Positions 46,287-58,609 of a DNA stretch of 64,000 nucleotides are shown piece by piece. Each line of letters begins with the position of its first letter. Position 1 is the stretch's first letter. The stretch comes from Macrostomum hystrix (lineage: Eukaryota; Animalia; Platyhelminthes), in NCBI GenBank assembly GCA_950097015.1, contig CATNEN010000033.1, positions 3,720,001 through 3,784,000 of the forward strand. The letters are read 5' to 3'. The notes under the pieces were generated by a model that saw nothing but the letters and a program-made list of their open reading frames with translations, was not told the DNA's origin and made no database searches. The position numbers and the translations under genes were made by a program.

Positions 46287-49200
46287 TCACACCATGAACT
46301 CGCTATCCGGCCTCACAAACAGCTTCGCTCTCATCTCCAAGGCGACCTGGGCGTTGAAGGGCTTCAGCTCGGTCAGGAATTCTTGAATTCGAGTTCTGCC
46401 GCGCCGGGCGATCAGCGACAGCAGGTAGTCGCGCCGCTCCGCCCGCTGGTTCATGAGCTCCATGACGCGGGCATTGTGTTGGCACAGGATCACATCCCGC
46501 TTGGCCATGCAGCTCGCCAGCTCGGCGAGGTCCACTTCGCCCAGCCGCTTGGCGTAGGCGTCGATGACCTCGCACTGCGCCGGCTCCAGGTCTGAGGCGG
46601 GCGGAGGGGAGGGAGGTGCTTACACTGGTAGCTGTGGTCTCATCTCAATTAACAGTATTAAGACCACGTATTCTAGTGGTCTATATTAACAGTATTCTAG
46701 TACGCACATTTGTCTTTTTTCTGCATCTACCAAAAAATTCCACCAATCGCCAGGAAAATCTCGATCACGCGCTAAAATTTTCTAAAGTTTTCTAACAGGT
46801 AACTATAATTGTCTAACAGGTAACTGTAATTGTCTAACAGGTAACTGTAATTGTCTAACAGGTAACTGTAATTGTCTAACGGGTAACTATCGTTGTCTAA
46901 CAGGTAACTATCATTGTCTAACAGGTAACTATCATTGTCTAACAGGTAACTATCATTGTCTAACGGGTAACTGTAATTGTCTAACGGGTAACTGTAATTG
47001 TCTAACGGGTAACTGTAATTGTCTAACGGGTAACTGTAATTGTCTAACGGGTAACTATCATTGTCTAACAGGTAACTATCATTGTCTAACGGGTAACTAT
47101 CATTGTCTAACGGGTAACTGTAATTGTCTAACGGGTAACTATCATTGTCTAACAGGTAACTATCATTGTCTAACGGGTAACTATCATTGTCTAACGGGTA
47201 ACTGTAATTGTCTAACGGGTAACTGTAATTGTCTAACGGGTAACTGTAATTGTCTAACAGGTAACTGTAATTGTCTAACGGGTAACTATCGTTGTCTAAC
47301 AGGTAACTATCATTGTCTAACGGGTAACTATCATTGTCTAACAGGTAACTATCATTGTCTAACAGGTAACTATCATTGTCTAACGGGTAACTATCATTGT
47401 CTAACGGGTAACTGTAATTGTCTAACGGGTAACTGTAATTGTCTAACAGGTAACTGTAATTGTCTAACGGGTAACTATCGTTGTCTAACAGGTAACTATC
47501 ATTGTCTAACGGGTAACTATCGTTGTCTAACAGGTAACTATCATTGTCTAACAGGTAACTATCATTGTCTAACAGGTAACTATCATTGTCTAACAGGTAT
47601 CTGTCATTGTCTAACAGGTAACTATCATTGTCTAACGGGTAACTATCATTGTCTAACAGGTAACTATCATTGTCTAACAGGTAACTATCATTGTCTAACA
47701 GGTATCTGTCATTGTCTAACAGGTAACTATCATTGTCTAAAAGCTGACTTTCACTGTCTAGCAACTAATTAACGTAGTCACTTAGCTATCTAGTGACCCT
47801 CAAGCCGTAGATGATCAATAAATGGAAATGAAAATATTTGGCGGGGAAGGCAAGTCAAAAGTGCAATAGATCAAGGACAAATGTGGGCCCTGTGCACTCT
47901 CCACAGTTCTCCCGCTCTCGCAGACTCTCCCCGCTGCATCACATAATGAACTGCGGCTCTCCGCCGGGTCCCCGTTCGCTTGAGCAGTCCAGCTCATCAG
48001 AACTTGCTGAGCTGCATCGGATATCAGTGGGGATGATAATGGGATTTCAATGCGGGATCAGCAACTGGCCGGAGTGCCATGGATTGGGAATCAATGTCTT
48101 CCATCCCGTAATTGATCAGCTGAAATGACCGGCCCTGGCATTCCTGTGCTATACCACAGTGAGCAGAGTGCTCAAACCGAAGCATAAACCGAAAGTGGTG
48201 TACTCAGAGACGCATCAAAATCTGTGGGAAAAATCAACTAGCAAAAACCTGTGGCTGAAATCAAATACATATTGTTAGTTTATTATAGTCTAGCTGGCAC
48301 TTCCTTATATTTGGAAGTAGAAAATGGGATTGGGAGAAATGGAGTCAGGTGGGATTGTGAGAAATTGAGTCAGATGGGATTGGGAGAAATGGAGTCAGGT
48401 GGGATTGTGAGAAATTGAGTCAGATGGGATTGGGAGAAATGGAGTCAGGTGGGATTGTGAGAAATTGAGTCAGATGGGATTGGGAGAAATGGAGTCAGGT
48501 GGGATGGGATTGGGAGAAATGGAGTCAGGTGGGATTGTGAGAAATGGAGTCAGATGGGATTGAAAGAAATGGAGTCAGATGGGATTGGGAGAAATGGAGT
48601 CAGGTGGGATTAGGAGAAATGGAGTCAGGTGGGATTGGGAGAATGGAGTCAGGTGGGATGGGATTGGGAGAAAGGCAAAATCTGATCGGGAGAATTTCCG
48701 GGAGAACAGGAGCAACAGAAGTGCAGGATGCCAGGTCAGTGTGAAGGCCAGTGTGCCAAGGGGATGTTTCGTGAGTTTTTCAGTCCCATAGCTCCAGGCC
48801 CAGCGAAAATCCGGCCACTTATTCTCAAGCAGCAAAAATTGTGGCCAATTTCTGTTCCTCAAATAATCCCTTGCGGCTTCGGACTCTGACGTGCCGTCCA
48901 GTTAACTCCACTCGGGGCTTGAGGATAGGGGATTCGGACCTACCCAATGCCCCGCAGCGGGATAATAAGCGAACGCGCCTGAATTGGAAATCAAATTTGC
49001 TGGCCGGTGCATTACGAAGCGATTTTGGGATTTTTTAGATCTGGGTTGAGATTCGGGTTAGTTTGAGGCACAGATGTGCGGGCATGACATTTAAGGCCAA
49101 TATACAGGGCTATAATGAGTTTTATGGCTAGTAAGCTGGGCCATTCTAATTCACTATTATTGCATTACCAGATCAATTAAAAGGAGTGGCACACGGAACG

Positions 49201-52200
49201 AAGTGGCACACGCCACAGGCCCCCACCCAACCGTCCCCTGTCACAAACTGCCTTCCACTGTACTCAGTCAGCAAATTGGCCTCCATCCCAATCCTCAGTC
49301 AGTTAATTGGCCTCCACCCCAACCCCCTCAGTCAGTTAATTGGCCTCCACCCCAACCCCCTCAGTCAGTTAATTGGCCTCCACCCCAACCCCCTCAGTCA
49401 GTTAATTGGCCTCCACCCCAACCCCCTCAGTCAGTTAATTGGCCTCCACCCCAATCCTCAGTCACTTAATTGGCCTCCACCCCAACCCCCTCAGTCAGTT
49501 AATTGGCCTCCACCCCAACCCCCTCAGTCAGTTAATTGGCCTCCACCCCAATCCTCAGTCACTTAATTGGCCTCCACCCCAACCCCCTCAGTCAGTTAAT
49601 TGGCCTCCACCCCAACCCCCTCAGTCAGTTAATTGGCCTCCACCCCAATCCTCAGTCACTTAATTGGCCTCCACCCCAACCCCCTCAGTCAGTTAATTGG
49701 CCTCCACCCCAACCCCCTCAGTCAGTTAATTGGCCTCCACCCCAACCCCCTCAGTCAGTTAATTGGCCTCCACCCCAACCCCCTCAGTCAGTTAATTGGC
49801 CTCCACCCCAACCCCCTCAGTCATTCAATTTCTTTAAAACCACCCTGGCGCCGGAACTCACGATGCATGCTCTCCAGCAGCTGCAGGCAGCCGGACCCGG
49901 TCTTGGCGCACAGCTCGAAGGCGTTGGCACCGGCGCGGGTCTGCCGAAACGGATCGGCGCCGCGGTCCAGCAGCAGCCTGACAGCTTTCGCCGAGCCCTG
50001 GCCCTGCACCGCCAGGTGCAACGGGTTCAGCCCGTCTGCGTCCGCCGCCAGCGGATCGGCGCGTCGGTCTAGCAGCTGGCGGAGCACGTGCGAACTCGGG
50101 CAGGGCGCCTGAGTTGGCCGGAATGAGGTGGGATTTATTTAGACTGGTTTGAATGACGCAGGAAAATCAGTTCTAAAGATGGGATTTTAGAATGCATTTA
50201 CAAAGTATGGGCTTTTAGAAGCACCTGTAACAAACATATGATTTTGAGAACGCCTAAAAATATAGGATTTTGAGTACATCTGTACGATATGTACTAAACT
50301 AGGTTTGAGAACACCTGTACTAAAAATGTGATTTTATCCCCTAAAAATATGGGATTTTTTGAACACATGAACTAAAATATGGGGATCTTAATAACACCTG
50401 TACTAAATGCAGGATTTTGAGAAAATGTGTACTAAAAATCGAATTCCAGGAATGTAAAACCCTGAGAGCCTGGATTTTAGATGCGCTGGTGGTAAAAGGC
50501 GGACTCAGGAACCCCTCTGCAAAGGCTTCACCTGGCAGGCGTAATGAAGGCAGGTTCGCCCGGCCGTGTCCTTCTCCTCCAGCAGCAGTGCTGGTGTTGG
50601 GCACAGGTGCAGCAGCAGCTTCACGAGCACCAGGTTGTTGCTGAGCGCGGCCAACATTGCCGGACTGCGACCTGTGCAATTGCGGCCAGCAGAAAGTGAG
50701 TCAGCCACTGACCCATCACTGATCCTACAGTGAGTCAGCCACTGACCCATCACTGATCCTACAGTGAGTCAGCCACTGACCCATCACTGATCCTACAGTG
50801 AGTCAGCCACTGACCCATCACTGATCCTACAGTGAGTCAGCCACTGACCCATCACTGATCCTACAGTGAGTCAGCCACTGACCCATCACTGATCCTACAG
50901 TGAGTCAGCCACTGACCCATCACTGATCCTACAGTGAGTCAGCCGTGTACCCATTCTGAGTCCTTCATTAAAAGTGTCTTGCCTGAATGGAGTAGCACTT
51001 AACTTTATCCAGCTGTGTTAAAAAGCATGTCGTCGGACATTTCCTGGACTCTCACAATTTCTTTTGAATTGTGAAGCACGCTTCAGTATTCCGTATGTCA
51101 ATGGTTCCATTGCACACAATGGGTCGGCGTACATTAGATTTCTTTGATCTTATTGGAACAAGTTCTGAGCCTACAGGAGGTGCCGGGTTCATCAACACGC
51201 ACCTTTCCTGTCCTTCAACGACTCGTTGCCCCGGCCCCAGAGTCGACCGCCCCGACGATGGAAGGCGTCGACGCAGTCCCAGAGCCCCAGCTCGCACAGA
51301 ATGTGAGCCACGGAGGTCCCGTTGGCGTCCAGGGCATTCAGGAAGGCCATCGCCTCAGCCTGATTGGCCGCGCCGGGGACAAAAAATCGGAGCAGGTGCA
51401 GAAACACCTGCACATTGCCGCTTCTGGCGCTCAGGTGCAGCAAGGTGCTGCCATCCTTGGCCGCGGGAATCAGCGGCCTGACGCCGTACGCCAGCAGCAG
51501 CTTGAAATTCTTGAAGCTGCCAGCCAGCACAGCGTGGCTGATCGCGTTCATGCCTTCGGTGTCCACCCTGGCCGTGTCCAGGCCGTTGAAGGCGTCCAGC
51601 AGCAGCTTCAGCATGCGCGGGTTGGCCTGCCGGGCGGCCTTGATAAGCGCGCTCTCGCCGCGCTCGTCGGCGTCCCTGGCCGGATCGAACAGGCCGGCCA
51701 GGCGGGCCAGGTGGTCCAGCCGCTGCTCGATGACCAGGTGCTGGAAGCCGGTGCAGCCCTGATCGTCGCTGCCGTTCAGCAGGTCGGCCGTCTGCAGCTC
51801 CGGTGCCGTCAGCAGGAGGTCGGCCAGGCGACCCTGCCCCGTGGCGTAGGCCAGCGCCAGGATCGACTGGCCGCGCGCATTCGGCGCTGGCGCCAGGCCG
51901 CTGCGCAGGAGGCCCGCGGCCAGTTCCGAGTTTCTCGCGCGTACAGCGTAGAAGAGCGCGTTCTCGCCGTTGGCATCGACCCGGCCGGGATCCAAGCCGG
52001 GCAGAAGTTCGCGCACCCTAGGCGAGGCCAGCTGCTGTGCCACGTTGGCCGCACCGCAGGCCGCGCTGTGCATCAAGAGGCTGCGGCCGCCGGAGTCGAG
52101 CGGCTCCCCGGTGAAGCTGTTCTCTCCGCCACGCGCCAGAAGCTGCAGCGCGTCCTTCACGCGCTGCCAGTTGTCGGACTCGGTGGCGTAGAAGACCAGA

Positions 52201-53485
52201 CCGCGACCGCAGCTGTCCACCGCTGACTCGCTCAGTCCGTAGTGACTCAGATTGTCTCTGAAGTGCTTCAGAACAGCTTCGCTTCCGCCTCCGTCGCCGC
52301 CGCCACTGCCGCCGCCGCCGCTGTCAGCAGCTGCCAGGGCCAGCATGAGCAGCGTGACGCCGTTGTTGTCGGTTATCGGCTCGAGGCCCGGCGTGCCGTC
52401 GAGCAGTTCAATCAGGCCCGGCTGGCCGCTCTCCACTGCGTAGAAATAGGCATTGCGACCGCGGGCGTCCTTCTGCAGGATTTGCTGCTCTGCGATTCGG
52501 GGAATGGAGACGCATGGGGTTTACGACTGGGCAGCCAATCACTGACGCCCGACCTGCTAGCTAGAACTGCTCAACTTCTGGATCCTGCTCACTCTCTCGA
52601 TAGCCTGTGCTCACTCTCTCAATAGTCTGTGCTCACTCTCTCGATAGTCTGTGCTCACTCTCTCGATAGTCTGTGCTCACTCTCTCAATAGTCTGTGCTC
52701 ACTCTCTCGATAGTCTGTGCTCACTCTCTCGATAGTCTGTGCTCACTCTCTCGATAGTCTGTGCTCACTCTCTCGATAGTCTGTGCTCACTCTCTCAATA
52801 GTCTGTGCTCACTCTCTCGATAGTCTGTGCTCACTCTCTCGATAGTCTGTGCTCACTCTCTCGATAGTCTGTGCTCACTCTCTCGATAGTCTGTGCTCAC
52901 TCTCTCAATAGTCTGTGCTCACTCTCTCGATAGTCTGTGCTCACTCTCTCAATAGTCTGTGCTCACTCTCTCGATAGTCTGTGCTCACTCTCTCGATAGT
53001 CTGTGCTCACTCTCTCGATAGTCTGTGCTCCTTGATTCCACACCTGCCGCGCTCAGGAAGTCTATAGGTCAAAAAGGTCACCCAAGAAGGCCAGGAAAAA
53101 GCAGGCCAATGATCCCCAGGGATTTCGTAGCTGCCAGTTGGCGGAGGGCGGTCAGGGAAGTTGAAATAATGGCAGGCCTCGAGCCAAAGCCGTATTGGGG
53201 GGAGCTGAGCACACTACTACGAGCTCTGGAATTTCAGGATGGCGAGGTGCTCAGTGAGAGGAGAGGCGGAGAGAAAATGGGCTAGCGAAATGGAATGGAA
53301 GTGAAGACTGGACGAATATGAAGCCTGACTCGGCCTCCGGTCCCCAGTGAGGCTGAGCAACTTGAGCAGCAAGGAAATAGATCCTATGCGAGCCATCCGA
53401 AATACAAGCGGCTAATTTTTCTCAGCTTCACTGCGTCGTCGTTTGACGTTTGCTAACAGCTCCAAAGTGCTGCCAATGCTGCTGC

Positions 53486-53527
<42 letters not shown>

Positions 53528-54437
53528 TGCCTTTGGTTTTGCTGTTGATGCTGGTGCTTTTGCTAATGGAAACGCTGCTTCTACTGTTTCTAGTGCTTAT
53601 TCTTAACGACACGCATTTATGAACGCGATTGAAGGCTTGATCGCAATCTACTGCGCCTACCCATCAAATCAAAATTATAGGCATGAAAATTAGAAAATTG
53701 AAAGCGGCAATTAGATCCTGTTTCGAATGCTTTCATTGTACTCGTACTACTGCGAGTAATATTGCGAGCCTCTTTAAATGATCGAAGGAGTCGATCCCTG
53801 GCCTACCGGGCAGCTCCTGCATGAGCATCTGCACCATGGCCATGCTGCCAGTTGAGCAGGCCTCGTGGAACAGATTTCTGCCGTCGCGACCGCTGCCGCC
53901 GATGCCGACGGAGGCCGTCGCTTCCGGTCCCAGAAGGCGCAGGAAGTGCCGCGTCAGGTCAACGTGACCGCCGCGGACGCAGCGAAATAGCAGACCGTCT
54001 CCTTCGCCCTCGCTGTTACTCCCACTGACGGCTGCGGCTAGTTCTGTCGGCGTCGCCAATTCAGCTAAGTGCATCGCCGCCTCAGCGTTGCCGCACTCGC
54101 AGGCCAGCAGCAGCAGGCGTCGCCAACGTCGAGTAAATTTTTCTTCGACTAATTTATCACCGGTGTTCAAGGACTCGACATCGGCGTTGGCGGCTGCCGC
54201 GGCGGCTCCCATGCCGATCAGCTGATGCAGCAGCTGCGGATTCTGAGCTCTGACTGCCAGCGTCAGTGCGCTCTCTCCGGCTGTGTCAACGGCCGCGAGG
54301 TCAACCAGGGGCGCCAGCGAGTCCGCTCGGCCCAGCAGGAACTCCGTAAGGGCCCAGTTTCGGCGGGCGATGCACGCCATGAGCAGCGTGGAGCTGCGGG
54401 GTGAAGACGGTGCTGAGACAGACACAGACAGACAGGC

Positions 54438-54478
<41 letters not shown>

Positions 54479-55983
54479 GGCAGACAGGCAGACAGACAGT
54501 CGTCACTCACCCGTCAGTCGCCTTCTCGGGCGGCACGCCGCAGTCTAGCAGCATCTGCAGGAGGTCCGGTTCAGGGTTGGCAGCACAATAGAACAGAGCA
54601 TTTCGACCTTGGGCGTCTCGACCGTGGATTCCTTCGGCGTTGCCATTTTCGGCCTCGTCGCGCAGCAGGTCAATCAGCAGCTCCGTCAGGCGGCGTCGAT
54701 AGCGCAGAGCCGCCGTCATCAGCAGGCTGACGCCGCTGGGCTTAGCCGCTCTCGTCGAAGCTCCGGCGCGCAGCAGCCGCTGGAACGCAGGCACGCTGCC
54801 GCCCTCGACAGCGTAGAACAGCGCGCTGCGGTCGCGCGAGTCCCTGGCGTCCCGGGCCGCCTCCGGACAAGCCGCAAGGAGAAGGTCGAGCAGCTCGTCC
54901 GGCGCGCCCTGGTAGGCAGCCTCCATTAGAGGGCTGGTGCCGTCACCGTCGCTGCCGCCGTCCAGCGGTACGCCGGCCTGGAGCAGCAGCCGCAGGCAGC
55001 CGACAGCGCCAGCTGGGCAGCAGTAGTGCGCGGCCGTCTTGCCGGCACCGTCGCGAATGTCGACGCGAGCTCCGTAGCGCAGCAGCAGGTCGACGATTGG
55101 CTCGGCTCCGGTGAAGCATGCGATCATCAGCGGCGTGATTCCCGACGCGTTTGCCAGGTTCAGGTAGCCGCCGCTGCGGATTAGCAGCTCCGCTGAGGTC
55201 ACGTGACCCTCCAAGCAGGCCTGGTAGATCGGGGTGTCACCGAGGCTGTTGGGGACGTTGACGTCCGCTCCGCAGTCGATAAGGACGCGCACGAAGGGCT
55301 CGCGGCCTGAGGGCAGCGGGAGTTAAGGACAAGCTCCTTAGCTCCTTAGCTCCTGAGCTCCTTAGCTCCTTAGCTCCTTAGCTCCTTAACTCATTAGCTC
55401 CTTAGCTCCTTAGCTCCTTAACTCACTAGCTCCTTAGCTCCTTAGCTCCTTAACTCATTAGCTCCTTAGCTCCTTAACTCATTAGCTCCTTAGCTCCTTA
55501 GCTCCTTAGCCTCATAGCTCCTTAGCCCCATAGCTCCTTTGCCCCTTAGCTCCTTAGCTCCATAGCTCCTTTGCCCCTTAGCTCCTTAGCCCCATAGCTC
55601 CTTAGCTCCTTGGCTCCTCAGCCGTCCTCACCCGCAATTGTGGCCAGCATGAGCGCGGTGACTCCGCCGTACTCCCCGGCTGCGGAGCTCTCGTCTGCCA
55701 CATCGAAGCCTTCGTCTAATCTGGCGCGCGGTTTCGCCAGAGTGCGCAGCGTCGCCTCGAACCAGCCGGCCGCGGCCAGCATCAGGGCATTGGGTCGCAG
55801 CACCTGCAGTCTTCTACCTGTTGATGGCCGCTTCACGCTGACCGGCTCCTCGAAGCGATGCGCCAGCAGCTCCTCAGCGCTGATGCTGTTCAGGGCCTGC
55901 TTCATCAGGCAGGACAGGTCAAGTTCGCTGCCGGACTCGATCAGCTGCCGCATCTTCTGGCAGATCTCCTCCGCGCTGGCCAT
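46287..55983 (-). CDS. Ankyrin-repeat protein (about 29 repeats) with C-terminal CARD-like death-fold domain, 7 exons, about 1237 aa
   Basis: Exons 55983-55632, 55306-54511, 54393-53807, 52489-51203, 50671-50532, 50108-49862, 46591-46287; GT..AG with consistent phases, 3714 nt. Ankyrin motifs include GDTPIYQACLEG, GITPLMIACFTG, GTSPLMEAAYQG, GESALTLAVRAQ, GSTLLHLSARSG, GLNPLHLAVQGQ. The last exon contains DYLLSLIARRGRTRIQEFLTEL, which fits the CARD helix 4-5 pattern. Extra exons in the 3.3-kb last intron or upstream of 55983 are not excluded. Confidence 0.8.
46790..47750. repeat. 21-bp minisatellite in last intron of ANK-CARD gene
   Basis: Tandem TGTCTAAC(A/G)GGTAACT(ATCA/GTAA)T. Confidence 0.97.
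48325..48670. repeat. Minisatellite of about 25 bp
   Basis: Tandem GGGATTG(G/T)GAGAAAT(G/T)GAGTCAG(G/A)T. Confidence 0.92.
49275..49822. repeat. 32/33-bp minisatellite
   Basis: Tandem CAGTTAATTGGCCTCCACCCCAACCCCCTCAGT. Confidence 0.95.
50695..50945. repeat. 34-bp perfect minisatellite
   Basis: Tandem CAGTGAGTCAGCCACTGACCCATCACTGATCCTA, about 7 copies. Confidence 0.95.
52585..53030. repeat. 22-bp minisatellite
   Basis: Tandem CTGTGCTCACTCTCTC(G/A)ATAGT. Confidence 0.95.
53475..53530. repeat. (CTG)n microsatellite, intronic
   Basis: CTG run. Confidence 0.9.
54420..54500. repeat. (GACA)n microsatellite, intronic
   Basis: GACA run. Confidence 0.9.
55333..55620. repeat. 8-bp based tandem repeat filling ANK-CARD intron 1
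   Basis: (AGCTCCTT)n with variants. Confidence 0.92.
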
Positions 55984-56794
55984 CCGCCTGTGCCTGTCAA
56001 TCTGTCAATCTGTCAGCCTGTCAACCTGTCAATCTGTTAATCTGTCAATCTATTAAACTATTAAGTTTTCAAACTATCTCTTCAACAAGATACCAATCAA
56101 TCGATCAATATTCTTATGTCAATCTGCCAATATGTCAATCTTTCAATATGTCAATCTTTCAATATGTCAATCTTTCAATCAATCAATATTTCAAACTAAA
56201 CTAGTTGTTTTACCTTGTTATTGTTGTTGTTTTCCTAGTTATTTTTTTCACAATTAGACTGTATTCTAGAGCTTTCGTACAGCCACACACGGGTGCTGCT
56301 CTATTTCTACATTCTGTGACAGCAACAAAATGGTCGCATTGGTCCTGTGTTCCTTATCTGTGCCAGCAGTTTCTGTACATTCTTTAACAACCAGTTACGT
56401 TGTAGCTGGACCGCGCCTTTGACTCTGAGTCCTCAGCCAGGGCCGGGCAGGGCCGGCGTTATCTTGAGTCGCGAGCGGTTAAACTGAGTCAAATTTGATT
56501 TTATTTGAACAATAAAAGCATTCTTGAACGTAAATTTAAACGATACATTAATACTCTATCTACTGAAGTACTATGGTTTAAGGACTGCTGATATGAGATC
56601 GAAAGTTAAAAGGTCAATAAATATTTTTTGGTCTCTCTCTTGAGCTATTCTCTCTCTCCGGTCGTAAATTAAGGAGCTTTTTCCTCCCTGCAGACCCCAT
56701 GAATGCTATGTATCCGCTCCGGTCTGCATTCTAATGCGGGAGGGCTGCGACCTGATGATGGCTGAAGGATTTCGAGACTGCGGGAGATGCTTGG

Positions 56795-57200
<406 letters not shown>

Positions 57201-58609
57201 TAGATACCATGAGGCTGCTGGGCTGCTTGCCCACTGCAGCCAGTGGATCTGCACAGCCATCCTGCCCAGCTATCATAAATATGTCCTTCATCACTCAGAT
57301 GTTGCAAGAGATTTGGCTGAGCACGAATCTGACCCAGCTTCTGGCCGGGGCGCAGCTGAATTATGCGCACAGCAATGAATATTAATCAGGCAGCCCTCGT
57401 ATTTGCACCCAAACGCGATGCAGTGCATTAAATGCATGCATGCACTCGTCATCGAGTTCTGGCACTTGGAACTGGCATCTGCTAGTCAATTGTGACCAGG
57501 GAGACTGGGGTGGGAGGGTCCTGATGATGGAGTGGCCCCTATGAATCTCGTGAAATCTGAGGCAGACTGTCTTGATGTGAGCACAGGGGAAGCGACGATG
57601 ACTCGGAGATGCGTGGGCGCAGTATAAATAAAAGTGCAACTCTAAATAAATCGTGTGGAAGTTCTCAGAGATTTGTAAGTATTGTGTTTATGACTGACTG
57701 ACCTGCCTGTGGCGCAGTATTTGCCGAGTCTTGCAGTCGTACTGACAGCCGAAATAGCTCGTAGCAGTACGGCAGTAGCAGCAGCTCAATGCTTCGATAA
57801 CAACAAAAATAGAGAACTCGCGGCCTGCAATCACTATCGTCCTTTAACTGAGAGGCTGGAAGGCGGTTGGCCAGAGGAGAGTGCGGTGGGGGAGGGAGGG
57901 ATGAGAGATAGAGTGGAATGAGACCGCAGTCACACAGGTGGCGCAATCTCAATAGTTTCATATCGCTGCTTTCTTTAATTCTCAGATTTCTTTGAAAGTG
58001 CTTTTTTCACCTCAGGGCGAATATTTTTGTAGCTCGACTTCTAAATAGAGGCATCCGTTTTTACTTAAACTACTTCAAGTATTTCGACCATGCAACAGGT
58101 GCGTGACTGGGAGTGGGAAGATTCCGACCTTGAGAAACTGAGCGCTGTACATCTGACCCCTGCCGCGCTCCGATTGGCGGAGCATCGTACATTCAAGTTA
58201 AGGGGAGTTGGCGTGGCTGGTGCATGTGATAAAGGGAAGAGAGTGAACCAAGTTTACGTAAACCCGAACACGCTGAGTTTCACAACAAATTAAAACTTAT
58301 CGATTGACTATAAAAGTCAAGCTGATGATTGTATTTTTTCATTAGTGGCATTCATAAAACAATATTTCTACAGTTCTCAACACTCTTACTATAAGTAGCG
58401 AGGTGTGAGCATAGCAGGGAGCTCTGACCCAGTTGGAGCCGCTGACTCCAAACAGAGACGTCTGTAGTTCGCATCTCAGCTTAGAGGAAACCGCTTGTGA
58501 TCTTGAGTAACAGCCTTCATTCATCAGTCAGGATTAAACAAAAGTTATAACCAACTGGGGGTGTCAAGTAATTTTAGTCAAAAAGCATTAAAGGTCTGCC
58601 AAGGAATCA

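Noticed and set aside
46772-47764. 330-aa (LDNDSYL)n ORF on the ANK-CARD strand
   Set aside because: 21-bp array in frame by arithmetic; no good flanking splice sites, and the flanking real exons join in phase without it.
48575-48900. Possible extra ANK-CARD exon (..RDYLRNRNWPQFLLLENKWPDFRWAWSYG..)
   Set aside because: An in-phase acceptor exists but I found no convincing donor and the frame runs into a minisatellite; needs RNA-seq.
51144-52226. 360-aa plus-strand ORF and similar long antisense ORFs over TEP1 exons
   Set aside because: Shadow ORFs of GC-rich coding exons on the opposite strand.
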